A stretch of DNA of 63,837 nt, the filler included, from Octopus bimaculoides (taxonomy: Eukaryota), in NCBI RefSeq assembly GCF_001194135.2. It is 5 parts of 4 records of this genome, joined end to end, with 100 filler letters (N's around TTAATTAATTAA, not from the genome) between each part and the next. Parts side by side here need not be neighbours in the genome. Positions count along the whole stretch, not along the records: positions 49,872 to 57,854 come from NC_068987.1; positions 57,955 to 62,680 come from NC_068988.1; positions 62,781 to 63,837 come from NC_068987.1; 2 more parts are not named here. One strand, written 5' to 3'. How positions within the stretch are numbered: the first letter of the stretch is position 1; every line of letters begins with the position of its first letter. The position numbers and the translations under genes were made by a program. The notes below the pieces were generated by a model. It made no database searches. It saw nothing but the letters and a program-made list of their open reading frames with translations, and was not told the DNA's origin. Below are positions 51,199 to 63,837 of the stretch, in pieces.

Positions 51199-51622
51199 TT
51201 TCTACTCTAGGCACAAGGTCCAAAATTTTGGGGGAGGGGACCAGTCAATTAGATCGATCCCAGTATGCAACTGGTACTTATTGATCCCGAAAGGATGAAA
51301 GGCAAAGTCGACCTCGGCGGAATTTGAACTCAGAACGTAAATACAGAAAAAATACCACTAAGCATTTCGCCCGGCGTGCTAATGTTTCTTATTTCTTTAT
51401 TGCCCACAAGGGGCTAAACATAGAGGGAACAAACAAGGACAGACAAAGGGATTAAGTCGATTACATCGACCCCAGTGCGTAACTGGTACTTAATTTGTTG
51501 ACCCTGAAAGGATGAAAGGCAAAGTCGACCTCGGCGGAATTTGAACTCAGAAAGTAACAGCAGATGAAATACCGCTAAGCATTTCGCCTGGCATACTAAC
51601 GTTTCTGCCAGCTCCCTGCCTT
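51199..51622 (-). mobile_element. SINE family B with duplicated core and 18-bp TSD
   Basis: TSD AGAGTAAGAA(C/T)AAATACT at 51181-51198 and 51623-51640; the GAAAGGATGAAAGGCAAAGTCGACCTCGGCGG core occurs twice. Confidence 0.88.
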
Positions 51623-52429
51623 AGAGTAAGAATAAATACTATAAGTCACTCTATGCAACAATCTATCAGCTCTACTAATTTGCCACTTTAATAAAGAACT
51701 ACCCAAATACATTACAGAAGAAATCCATTAGAATGAATTGACACAAGTAATCAAAGGCTGCATTATTTTTTATATAAATGTCCACAGAGTGCTGCGATGT
51801 GTTTAAAGGCCAAGTTAATTATAGATTTAAATTGACTCTCCATATACACTCCTTAAATGATCTATCTACATACATCTTCCTTAACTCTTTAGCATTTAAA
51901 CCAGCCAAATCTGGCTCAAATATTCTTCCATGTTTTATGTTCAAACTGGCCAGACCCAGCATCTCTCACCTTCCCTACAATGTCAGTCTAAAAATAAACA
52001 ATCACACCATTGAAATCTCAAAGAAAATGCATGGTTAAAACAAAACGATGGGAATAAATAAGCATTATATCTTGACAGAGTAATCTGAATGCTGAAGGGT
52101 TAAAACAAACCGAATAAGGACCACTAACCCCATTCAAGGACAAAATGTATGAGGAAAGCAGTTTCAACTGAGTGATCGATCGATCGATTGATCAATCAAC
52201 TAACCAATCAATCAATCAATCATTGCTGATTAAATTTCTTTTTAGATTGAAAAAATTTCAAATAAGAAGCAAAGGGGGGGGAGGGGGAGAAAAACTAAAG
52301 AAAGTGGAACATGTTTATCAGATTGTACTGATTTATCCAACGACACTCACTATTCACTCTATGTCTATGAAAACTATCAATATAATGGCTCACTCATGAA
52401 AGTGATTGCGCAGTTTAAAGGAGAGGATA

Positions 52430-52960
52430 TAATTGGTAGTGAAGTGGGTAATTGTGGTGATTGCAGCAACTGAAAGAATGATAACGATAAAGGCGATGGC
52501 GATGATGATGATAGTAATTGTGATGTTTGTTGAAGCACAGTGGTGATGTGCATGCTTAATAGTGGTTGCAGTGCTTATGACAATGATGGTTGTGGTACTA
52601 GTAGTAGAGATGGTAATAAAGTTAACAATGAGGATGATGACACCCCAGCCCCCATCCTATCCTGCTACCCTCAAGGTAATGATACTGACAATGGTGCTGA
52701 TGGTTATGGTAACGGTGATCAAAGTGGTGATGATTATAATGGTAATAACTGTAATGATGATAACAGCACTGTTCATGGTTATGATAATGTTGATGACTAT
52801 AGTGATAGCTATAATAATGGCCATAGTACTGATGAAGATGATAGTGATGATGATAACTATAATGATGATTATGATGATGATGATGATGACGACAGTGGTA
52901 ATGACACCAAACACTGTTGATGCTGACATCAGTGCAGATTTATCAGTGTCGCAGATTTAT
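52430..52960. repeat. degenerate (GAT/AAT/GGT)n low-complexity tract
   Basis: Trinucleotide periodicity, with ORFs open in several frames on both strands. Confidence 0.7.
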
Positions 52961-55109
52961 CAGTGTTGCAGATAGGTAGGCCATAATGTATATGCTGCTA
53001 TTTCGTTTTTGTTTTCTTTTTTCTTACTGTTGCTTTTGCATGAAGAATTTCGGGCCTACAACCAAATCATGTGTGCAGGTCACACATGCTGCACAAAACA
53101 GCTGGCCTGCACTTTCTGCATCTGTGGTTAGAACTTGCAACATCCCAACACCAACCATCCCAAACAAACAAACGATATTTCATTTAGTTGTAGTGGTGTC
53201 GGTAGAGGTGGTGCCAGAGGTATTAGTAATAGCAATGACAAAAGTAGCAATGGTGGAATAGCAGTAGCCATAGCAGCAGTAGTAGGTAATGGTAACTGAG
53301 GAAGGGAATGGGGAGGATTTAGCTATTTATTCTAGCAGCTTCAATGAGCATGTAGAAGCTCCCTCTTGGCTAATAACACTAGTGATGGTAAACGAGGATT
53401 AGTCATTGAGGTGATGGTGATGGTGGTACAGTTGTTGGGGCTAGTAGTAAGTGTAGCAACTTCTTTAATACATAAAGAGACTTTCACAGTTAAAGAGACT
53501 GATTCCTTGACCAAAAAGCCCAACAGGAAGTAATATGGACCTCAGTGGGAATTGAACCCAGAAAGGAACAGTAAGACAATGCACTAGACAGTGCAAAACA
53601 TCTCCTTACTCTTACACCAGAGATCAGTAACCCTTTTTTATTTTACATTTTGCCTATGGCCCACATGGATATGATAACATATCTTACAAAGTATCGCCAT
53701 GTATCCCCCTCGTTACTGCCATCACTGGCAAAGCTCATGTAAGCGAATTAGTCAGAACTCCTGCTCTGCCTTATATGGTTACTCAGCTTGCAAGAAATGA
53801 CAGCAGAATCTTCTTTCAATCATACACTATCATTTTTAAAAAATGGATAGTGATCATGGATGCAACTGCTTTGATCATGGATCTGCTTAAGCAGGGTTGG
53901 CTTAGGGCCATACAAGACTGAGTGGTCAACCTCAGAATGCCTTTGATTGTAGGTCTACTTGATGTGGTTGTTCTTTGATAAACAACAACCTTCTACATCA
54001 GTGATTTCTGAAGTTTTTTTTTTTTTCAGGATCAGAGGAACTTTCAAAGGAGTAACAATAAACCCAATACTTCCACAGGAATATCTTCAGTCATAAACAC
54101 ACATCCCAAAATCACCCCTCCCTCCTAAACCCGTTGTTTCCCTGGTGAACTAGCAACTATTTCACGATGTATTACTTTATACAGTGCAGACCCAGAGGGA
54201 AAATTACAGAAAATTACAGAAAATTAAGATGAAAAAAAAAAAATAAAATGAAATGAAAGAAAATATCAGGAAATGAAAAAAATATGTTTAAAAACTGAAG
54301 GGAAAATAAGAAAAATCAAAAGAAAATAACAGAAATTCAAGTAAATTCATCAGAAAATTGAGCAAAATGTAAACAATAAATGGAATGAAGGGGGAGAAAA
54401 TGAGTTCAAGAAATGAAGAGAAATAAAAAGGGGAGGAAAATATTTAAAGAGAAATATGAAATAAGATAAATTGAAAAAGAAAAAAGAAAAAAAGAAAAAA
54501 TCAAAACAAGTGAATCTGGTGAAATATTTTGCTGAAAAATGTTGAAAAGTTCACTGCACAAGAAAATGTCAATGAAACATCTCCCACTCCACCTGCTACA
54601 AGTGCCAGTCATGAAACAGACCTAACCTCACCTAACCTCAAATGCTTGCAGTGAACAAGGAGGAACAAGTGTTTCAGTAAAGGTTATTCAATTGTTCTGT
54701 CAAGATGGCAGGTTAGATGAGATAATCGACATTTCACTTCTGATGGTGGGGTCTCATAAGTTTGTTGTCTGTCAAATTCTCATAAGACAGAAGGCCAGTA
54801 AGCAAGTGATTGGCTAGGGACTCATCCTTCTTTCATGCAATGTAGTGTTAAGTAGGAGATAAAAATGCTTCCAACCAAATAGCAAATGCTTAATTTAAAT
54901 ATTCTGTGGAGAACACCTGAGGCCTGTTTTTGACTATTGAAGATGCAATATTAGCCACACATCCCCCACCCCACACCAAAATCCTTACATGCAGTTATCA
55001 ATATTAACAAAGCATTGCTGCTGTCTCTCTGCTGTGTATTTATAAACAAAATACTAAACAGTCTCCCTCACAAATAATGGCCGGGTTGCCAAATCTATAT
55101 AAAGCACAA

Positions 55110-55340
55110 TGACATCATCATCATCAAGTAACGTCTGTTTTCCATGCTGGCATGGGTTAGATGATTTGACAAGAGCTCATCAGCTGGAGGGCTGCCCGGG
55201 CTCCATGTCTGTTTTGACATGGTTTCTACAGCTGGATGCCCTTCCTCATGCTAACCACTTTACAGAGTCTACTGGATCCTTTTATGCAGTACCAGCATGA
55301 GTGCATTTATGAGATACTGGCACAGGTGCTTTTTACATGG
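55110..55340 (-). mobile_element. RTE 3'-UTR copy
   Basis: (CAT)n-AACGTCTGTTTTCCATGCTGGCATGGG..CTACAGCTGGATGCCCTTCC. Confidence 0.7.
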
Positions 55341-55554
55341 TACTGGCACCCATGAGCCTGTAAGATTAGGAATGCTCAGCTGAAGAGGGATGCAGGGGAC
55401 ATGTCCGTATGTAAGGATGACCAAAGTTTCTGAAACAGCGTATTACAAGGATGTCTTTTCACTCATTCTTTAAAAAATAATTGCATGATTTTTACCCGCA
55501 GAGCAAAAATTTCTCATGCAAGTTGCTTCAGTTGTCTCTTACACTGTATCATTT

Positions 55555-55922
55555 GAACATGATTGTTACCAGCGTCACCTTATTGGCACTTGTGCTGGTG
55601 GCATGTGAACAAAACAGTCAAGCGAGGTCGTTGCCAGTGCCGCTGGACTGGCTCCTGTGCAGGTGGCATGTAAAAACAAAAACCATTTGAGCGTGACCAT
55701 TGCCAGTACTGCCAGACTGGCCCTCATGCCGGTGGCACGTAAAAGCACCCACTACACTCTCGGAGTGGTTGGCATTAGGAAAGGCATCCAGCTGTAGAAA
55801 CGTTGCCAGATCAGATTGGAGCCTGGTGCAGCCATCTGGTTCACCAATCCGCAGTTAAAATCATCCAACCTATGCTAGCATGGAAAGCGACCGTTAAACG
55901 ATGATGATGATGATGATGATGA
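55555..55922 (+). mobile_element. RTE 3'-UTR copy with (GAT)n tail
   Basis: Colinear with 49872-50115. Further decayed copies lie at 56080-56270 (+) and 56430-56640 (-). Confidence 0.8.
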
Positions 55923-57607
55923 CATCTGTAATCCTATATCAACCATCAAGAAACGTAATTGCAAATAAACACACTAAGAGTAGCACATACCTAATACACA
56001 ATCTCCTCCTTACCAGCAACACCAAATAACATCAGATATAATCAATTACCACAATTTTCTTTGTGATCTCACTAGTACTGGTGGCATGAAAAAAAGCACC
56101 CAAAACACACTGTAAGATGGCTGGCATTAGGAAGGGTATCCAGCCATAGAAATTATGCCTAAGCTGACACCAGAGTTTGGTGCAGCCCTACAGCTCACTG
56201 GATCTAATGAAAAACCATCCAACCCATGTCAACATGGAAAACGGACATTAAATGATGATGATGATGATGCACACGTGAAAATCTGGGTAATTACATAGAA
56301 CATTCATAGGACATGTAAAAGCCACAGAAAATTAAGCAAAATGGCACAAACATACTCAGAGCATTCACAGGCAGTAGTACATTTTGCCAGCAGAAAATTA
56401 CAACACTAGTGTATCATCATTGTCATCAACAACATTATCATTTTTCACCTACTTTCCATGTTGGAATGTGTTGGACAGGTTGTCATGATTTAAGTTAATT
56501 CTTATTTGAAAATATGGTGTGCATGGGGAACCATATTTCACCCACTCACTTTATTTTGGCATGGTTTCTATGACTGCCAAACACCAACCACTTTGCAAGG
56601 CGTAGTGGATGCATTTTATTAAGGCACCATCACTAGAGAGGTTGTCCTGTCCTTGACAGGAATAAAGGCTCCTCCCAAACCTACAATTCTCTACTTATTT
56701 GCCAATTACCTTGCAGTATGCATTGGATGCATTTTGTCATGGTATCAACACTGGAGAGGTAGTCATGACTTCAACAAAACAAGACTTGCAAAACAGAAAG
56801 GAATCTTCCATGTATTGCATTGTCTTTGCTTGTTCTATGATTGATGTATTATAATTAGATTTGTCTTGTAAAACTCCCCTACTGAATAAAGACATTTCTA
56901 CAACAACCCTAGAACACGGCAACACCACCATCCTAAAAACACTATTCCTCCACTCACTCCAAATAAATATAAACACATGCACACAAACATAGAAGCATTA
57001 TTGGCAACTATGACTTGAGAGCCTCTGCTTGGTCACTTACTTAATCTGGTAGAAAAAGCAGCTAAATTCCATTCAAACAACATCCTGCCATCTTAAAATA
57101 GGAAGGATACTATTTGCATAAAAGTACTGATGCATTGTCTGAAAATAAATTGGAATGGATCATAGCTAGAATGCTTTAATCATAGGTTTGCCCAATCCGT
57201 ATTCAGCTGATCTTAAATAAGAACAACTACAGCATTTTCCCCAAAATAAGACTTCACTGGAATGCACATCATCAAATGATAAGTGAAAGTATCAACAACC
57301 ATGTAAATTTGCCAACCAGATCAGATCCTAATGACATACAAGAACAGACTGGAGAGAGGGAAGACAGAGAGGCAGACATTCCATGACTGCTACCCTGCAC
57401 TTTATTATATGGTAAGTCACAATTTGGTTGTTTATAATAGGATTCTCCAACCATCAGATAGCAGACCAGTACTGGGCCATGGCATATTTGGTACTGGGTT
57501 GCACAGAAAAAAAAAAAATTTTTAATTTCAATTTCATTTTATTGACTATCAAAGTCTGCAGGGTGTCTCTATGTTATATATGTATTACATATGTAACATG
57601 TTTATAT

Positions 57608-57647
<40 letters not shown>

Positions 57648-58125
57648 GGAGGTTATGAGCGGTAGTGGTGTCAACGAGACCCAAAGGTGTCAGGTAATGC
57701 TGAGTAAATGCTATGGATAGACCATAGTTAAGCTCCAGGTTCAGTGGTTATGAGCATAAGGGGTCCAACGTAGGTCATATATCAGCGTGTGTATATAGAA
57801 CATTTATAAATGTTCTAAAATCTACACAGCCTTGTTTTTTTTTTTTTATCTCATNNNNNNNNNNNNNNNNNNNNNNNNNNNNNNNNNNNNNNNNNNNNTT
57901 AATTAATTAANNNNNNNNNNNNNNNNNNNNNNNNNNNNNNNNNNNNNNNNNNNNTATATATACCGGTATGAATGCTTAGATACATATATACATGTGTGTG
58001 TCTGTGTGAGTGTCTTTTGCGTGTACAGGAATGTATATATGCGTCTTTGTCTGTTTCTACGTTTACCGGTATTTGTATATGCGTATGGCAATGTGTATAT
58101 ATAGTATTGATAGTTAGATAGCTAG

Positions 58126-58200
<75 letters not shown>

Positions 58201-59092
58201 GGAATACATAGATGTATTTATATATTTATTTATAGATCGATTGACAGGGAGATATGAATCTATGTATATTCCATATTATTTTGATTAAAATTTTCCTGTA
58301 AGAAACGTGCTGAGCTGTAAGTAAGCTGAAATGTTTCATTGCATGAAGATTTACATGTGCGTATGTGCGTGTATATGTATATGTGCATGTATCTATATAT
58401 TCATAATACATTTTTTTAAAAATTCCGACGTCCATATCTGTGAGAACATGAATCTTTCAATTTTATAACGCGATTTCGTACGTTTAGTATCAAATTTTAC
58501 TCCTGTTATTATCCATTTCAAACTCAAAGCGACGTGCTGTCACCTTTGTAGGCATGTGAGATAAAATGCTGCCAGACATAGTCCACGATTTTACGTTCTT
58601 AATGTTAAATTTCGTCGAGGTTGGTATTATATTTTTGTCTTTTCTTGTCGATATTTCTGTCTTTTGCGTCGATTACGTCGACTCCAACTCCGCACTGAAA
58701 TGAATGTAATCAATAAGTCCCTTTCCCTAAAATTTCAGACGCGTATTTGAAAGGATTATCCATATGAAAATCGATATTCAGAATGTTTGTAAGTACCAAT
58801 TATTTCAAAATAGACTTCGACTATTTTTATTCAATTGAAGATAAATTTCGGTAAATATATATATATATANNNNNNNNNNNNNNNNNNNNNNNNNNNNNNN
58901 NNNNNNNNNNNNNNNNNNNNNNNNNNNNNNNNNNNNNNNNNNNNNNCGCAGCCACTTGGCTGAAACACATAAATGAACATATATAGATATATATATTAAT
59001 AGAAAGGATAACAAAAGAAAGAAAGTGACTTCGATATTACGTAAATAGAGGAATTTATCTGTAAAAATATGTGACACTTATTCAGTACCCAT

Positions 59093-59153
59093 GATAAAAC
59101 TCCGAGTCTCGTATGCCGGGGTGGGAACCCGCGCCAACATCTCTTCAGTTATC
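59093..59153 (-). ncRNA. type-I hammerhead motif, left member of a palindromic pair
   Basis: GATAA-CTGAAGA-GATGTTGG..CCGGCATAC-GAG(A14G)-ACT CGG AGT-T-TTATC. Confidence 0.7.
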
Positions 59154-59198
59154 CGGTCATTGAAAATGGTCAGTTTTCACAGGAAATTTCAATGGCCA

Positions 59199-59259
59199 GA
59201 TAACTGAAGAAATGGCGGCATGGATTCCCACCCCGGCATCCGAAACTCGGAGTTTTATC
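59199..59259 (+). ncRNA. type-I hammerhead motif with intact core, right member of the pair
   Basis: GATAA-CTGAAGA-AATGGCGG..CCGGCATCC-GAA-ACT CGG AGT-T-TTATC: perfect 5-bp stem I, GUU site, imperfect base of stem II. Confidence 0.78.
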
Positions 59260-59449
59260 GTGGCTACCGAATAAGTGTCACATATTTGTGAATATATATA
59301 TAAGGTCTCTCGAACATGTAGAGTAAAATGCTCGTTATTTAATTGATGAGACGTATATAGAATCTTTCCCATGTAAAATGGTAAGAAATACCAACGTCCC
59401 GACCTGCATCCCTTTCAGTTTTATCAACTAAATACTAGTACATAATCCT

Positions 59450-59615
59450 TTCTAATATAGGCTCAAGGTCTGAAATTTCAGGTAAGGTGTGAATCAATTA
59501 CAAGGATCCCAGTGCTCAACTGGTACTTATTCTATCGAATCTCAAAGGATGATAGGCAAACTTGTCCTAGGCGGAATTTGATCTGAGAACGTAACGACGG
59601 ACGAAAGGAGCTAAG
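59450..59615 (-). mobile_element. SINE family B, diverged
   Basis: CCCAGTGCTCAACTGGTACTTA..GGCGGAATTTGATCTGAGAACGTAACGACGGACG. Confidence 0.65.
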
Positions 59616-59630
59616 GATTTACTACTACTA

Positions 59631-59708
<78 letters not shown>

Positions 59709-60732
59709 TTAATAATAATTATAAAGGATTGGAATAAAACAATCAGTTTTAAAGGATGAATTTAATAAATTGCATTGACATCACTTCTTGACGAGGCACA
59801 TATAGACGAATAGTTAAGAGACGGGATTCCCAATCACGAGTTCTTATTTTTGAAACTAGTTCGAGGAATCTTGGATAAAATTGAATTTCTGTAGCCTCTA
59901 TTTAAGTACATTTCATCTGGGTAGATATGCACATACGGGAATAGCACTAAGGCCTACAGAGATGATTCTAAGGGTAATTCAAAAGAACGTCCATGTTTTA
60001 TATTATTTCGAGATCCCCCTGCATGTGTACCAAGTTAAATTTGAATTAGTTTCTGTAATGAGTAGTCAACTTTGTGTTCATTAACGAGCTTGTAATTTCG
60101 CTGATCATTTTGTCAGCCTAACCTGAGCCAACTTCTCCTTTCTCTGTAAACATTCATCCGACTTTTGTCATGAATACTTGAAACTAACAGCTTAATAGAT
60201 ATTTCCCGTATATAAAGTGTTACATATTGAAATTTCTCTCTATCCGCTTTCTGTAGTCGACAATAATTGAACAAGATCAGCAACCCTCTCCATAAAGCGT
60301 ATCCTCAAATGTTTTTACTGGTGCAGGGTAGTAAGATAATTCAAATAGGTCAGTTATTTGGAGAAATATAAAACGCTTCAGGATGTTTTCATTGAAAATA
60401 GATGGAAAATAGTAAAATAATAGAATATGAATTTTTATCTTAGGGAATTGAAAATGCATGGAACAGAAATTTCCACTTAGCACTTGGAAATATATTGAAA
60501 TGCATATTATATAGGGGAAAAAATATCTGATATTTTATACTTAGAAAAGTTTGTTATGTTTTGATACCACTGGCATCTAAATTCCTAACACAAAGAAAGA
60601 GTGCACAGAGTAAATAATTTGAAAGGACTTCCAATATAAAGAGATAAATCCACAATACAAGTGGTTTCATTGGAAATAGATATCGAGTCTATTAACTTAT
60701 TGAAAACATTATATATATATATATATACGAGA

Positions 60733-60793
<61 letters not shown>

Positions 60794-62780
60794 NNNNNNN
60801 NNNNNNNNNNNNNNNNNNNNNNNNNNNNNNNNNNNNNNNNNNNNNNNNNNNNNNNNNNNNNNNNNNNNNNNNNNNNNNNNNNNNNNNNNNNNNNNNNNNN
60901 NNNNNNNNNNNNNNNNNNNNNNNNNNNNNNNNNNNNNNNNNNNNNNNNNNNNNNNNNNNNNNNNNNNNNNNNNNNNNNNNNNNNNNNNNNNNNNNNNNNN
61001 NNNNNNNNNNNNNNNNNNNNNNNNNNNNNNNNNNNNNNNNNNNNNNNNNNNNNNNNNNNNNNNNNNNNNNNNNNNNNNNNNNNNNNNNNNNNNNNNNNNN
61101 NNNNNNNNNNNNNNNNNNNNNNNNNNNNNNNNNNNNNNNNNNNNNNNNNNNNNNNNNNNNNNNNNNNNNNNNNNNNNNNNNNNNNNNNNNNNNNNNNNNN
61201 NNNNNNNNNNNNNNNNNNNNNNNNNNNNNNNNNNNNNNNNNNNNNNNNNNNNNNNNNNNNNNNNNNNNNNNNNNNNNNNNNNNNNNNNNNNNNNNNNNNN
61301 NNNNNNNNNNNNNNNNNNNNNNNNNNNNNNNNNNNNNNNNNNNNNNNNNNNNNNNNNNNATATATATATATGATATAGTTTAGGAAACAAAAAGTGACAA
61401 TGAATCTGACTAATATGCATATTGTTATAGAACAGTAAAATCAGAGCTTACTTGGAGTTAAATAGCAACCGCGCCAGCCATTACAACTTTGGTGAGTGTT
61501 TATGACGAAAGCTATAGCTAATATAGAGCTACCCTAGATAAGTTAACTGACGTAAGCCTAGACTGTATTTTCTGTATATTTTCAGTGCACGAGTTTTGCG
61601 TGAATGTAACTTTTTAACGGAATTTTAAAATAATTTTCTTCAATCGAATTACTGTTGCCACTCTTAAGACCACGTAACTTTCCAAATTGTGCCATTGTCG
61701 TATCATGCACGAACTGAAGTCTAATAAAGTATACTGAGCTCACGGTATCACAGAATTTTGAAGGGAATCTATATTATCGCAAGAATGTCATAAATATCAA
61801 CAATTTTCTGCTATGAAAAACGTTGAAATATTTCATATCTGGAAATCTAAATAATTATTCAATTCGAATACAAAGACAAAAGACACAATGAGCAGCAACA
61901 CACTATGAGTTTGTTTGTGGCATTTTGAAATGTGAAACATAGATATCTATTGTCAAATCTACATATAAAACACAAAGTATCAAAGAATATTCGATTATGC
62001 ATCACAAAAATCCGTTCAAGTACACCGGATTTTACACAATATAGCAAATATATTCATACATCACACTGACTGGGCCTGGTGTAAAAAGACTATTCATTTT
62101 CGTCTTTGCTCAAGACAAATTTATTCGTTGACAATCCGTACAGAGCGCTGGTGCATAACAATCATTCGTCAGAAAATGATTGCACAGAATACTGACATTT
62201 ACTTTTGCACAATGAAACAAACTATTGGTTTATTCTATTTTCCAACTAGTAATTCATAAACTTATACAAATGGATTATGTAACGTATGTTATGAAAACCC
62301 GATGCTGAGTAAATTCGATTTGTGTACTAGAGAAGATAGGAAAAATTATATAATAATAATAATAATAACAAAAATAATAATAATAATAATAATAATAATT
62401 TTAAGAATATTTTTTATTCTTAAAAAATGAAATTTCACTGCAATACAAAGCACAGGACCTCCTATGCACGATGTCTCAATGAAACACGTGCGATCACACA
62501 CGCAAAACCAACACCGGAAAGTTTACAAACTATATAAAAAAAAAGAAATGGAACAAAATAGTAAGTACATATATTGAATAATTACGCATACACTTGAACG
62601 TGTACACAATGATATATACGTTTTGATACCCATAGAACTACACATGCATCTTAATGTTTACAGAACTACGTAAAAATCACNNNNNNNNNNNNNNNNNNNN
62701 NNNNNNNNNNNNNNNNNNNNNNNNTTAATTAATTAANNNNNNNNNNNNNNNNNNNNNNNNNNNNNNNNNNNNNNNNNNNN

Positions 62781-63101
62781 TTTGTAAGCCTAGTACTTAT
62801 TCTATAGGTCTCTTTTGCCGAACCGCTAAGTTACGGGGACATAAACACACCAGCATCGGCTGTCAAGCGATGTTAGGGGGACAAACACAGACACACAAAC
62901 ACACACACACATATATATATATATATACACATATATACGACGGGCTTCTTTCAGTTTCCGACCACCAAATCCACTCACAAGGCTTTGGTCGGCCCGAGGC
63001 TATAGTAGAAGACACTTGCCCAAGGTGCCACGCAGTGGGACTGAACTCGGAACCATGTGGTTGGTAAGCAAGCTACTTACCACACAGCCACTCCTGCGCC
63101 T
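62781..63101 (-). mobile_element. SINE family A, young copy
   Basis: CpG-rich, colinear with 2492-2826, with a central (CA/TA)n tract. Confidence 0.85.
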
Positions 63102-63585
63102 ACTTGATCACTATAAACAATTCATTTTGTGCAGGTCGTTCGGCAAAAGCTGAACGTTCCTACGTCGTCCTCAACGGGTGAGTCCATCATATCATATCCT
63201 ATATAGTTTACTTCAAGTAAGATTTAAGAAAAAGTATTCCATCTGGTGAAAGATAAATATTGTTTAGTGTACACATTGTATAGTTATGAGCTACAAATAG
63301 TTTCATACATTGAACATATTATCATGGCTAGCGTCTCCAAGTAATGTTACGCACACACATGCACATACGTAAAGGTGCGTGGCTTAATAGTTAGGGTGCT
63401 GCATTCGTGATTGTATATGATCACAAACAATATTATATAGGCTGTTTTTTGTTTGTAGATATCATTATGCATATAAAAAGATCGGTACGTATATGTATGT
63501 ATGTAATATATATGTGTGTGTGTTTGACCGTTGACTGAACACTATTCAATTTTTTTTCTCCGTGTTTTTCTCCTTGTCTCCGTAT

Positions 63586-63622
63586 TCTTTCTGTTGAAGA
63601 GCGTAGCTCGAAACGTCAAAGA
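63586..63622 (+). ncRNA. minimal type-I hammerhead motif, A6U variant (Penelope pLTR-like)
   Basis: TCTTT-CTGTTGA-A-GAGC GTA GCTC-GAA-ACGT-C-AAAGA: 5-bp stem I, 4-bp stem II, ACGT palindrome, GUC site. Confidence 0.65.
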
Positions 63623-63773
63623 CTTTCCGTATTCCCGAGCGTCATACTAATATATACTTTTGTTATTTACACCACCTGTCCTCGTCTGTTGTTATTATTT
63701 GTATATTCTCCCATATATATATATATATATATATACATACATGCATACGTATATATTTATATACACACACACG

Positions 63774-63813
<40 letters not shown>

Positions 63814-63837
63814 CACACATAATTATACATACATAAT

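Noticed and set aside
52540-52975. Asp/Asn-rich 126-aa ORF and overlapping frames
   Set aside because: Degenerate trinucleotide tract open in several frames, with no splice or domain support.
59785-59870. TTGACGA...GAAACTAGTT hammerhead-like string
   Set aside because: No stem II pairing and a poor stem I.
61859-62100. Minus-strand FTPGPVSVMYEYI peptide, vaguely TM7-like
   Set aside because: Stop within a few codons and the wrong strand for the aGPCR.

Overview
Repeat-rich, gappy animal genomic scaffold. The SINE/RTE repertoire and microsatellite density look octopus/coleoid-like (inference). The only host gene I can support is a + strand adhesion-GPCR fragment: five phase-consistent exons (26212-45742) encoding the end of a hormone-receptor (HormR) domain and most of a GAIN domain. 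No GPS or 7TM exon is visible. The rest is microsatellite, N gaps and transposon debris: several tRNA-headed SINE families, RTE LINEs (one near full length), CR1, L2-like and Penelope remnants, a deleted mariner, a Merlin element, and hAT/pogo/Tc1 MITEs. The main hidden signal is a set of at least ten type-I hammerhead-ribozyme-like motifs from several unrelated sequence families. Six of them form three head-to-head, opposite-polarity pairs inside inverted repeats (17.7 kb, 33.7-34.5 kb, 59.1-59.3 kb). The copies at 33764-33853 (-) and 59199-59259 (+) keep all catalytic core bases. All folds were read by eye and no activity is shown. A CpG-depleted block (about 25.7-57.8 kb) holds the gene, and its edges coincide with scaffold linker gaps.
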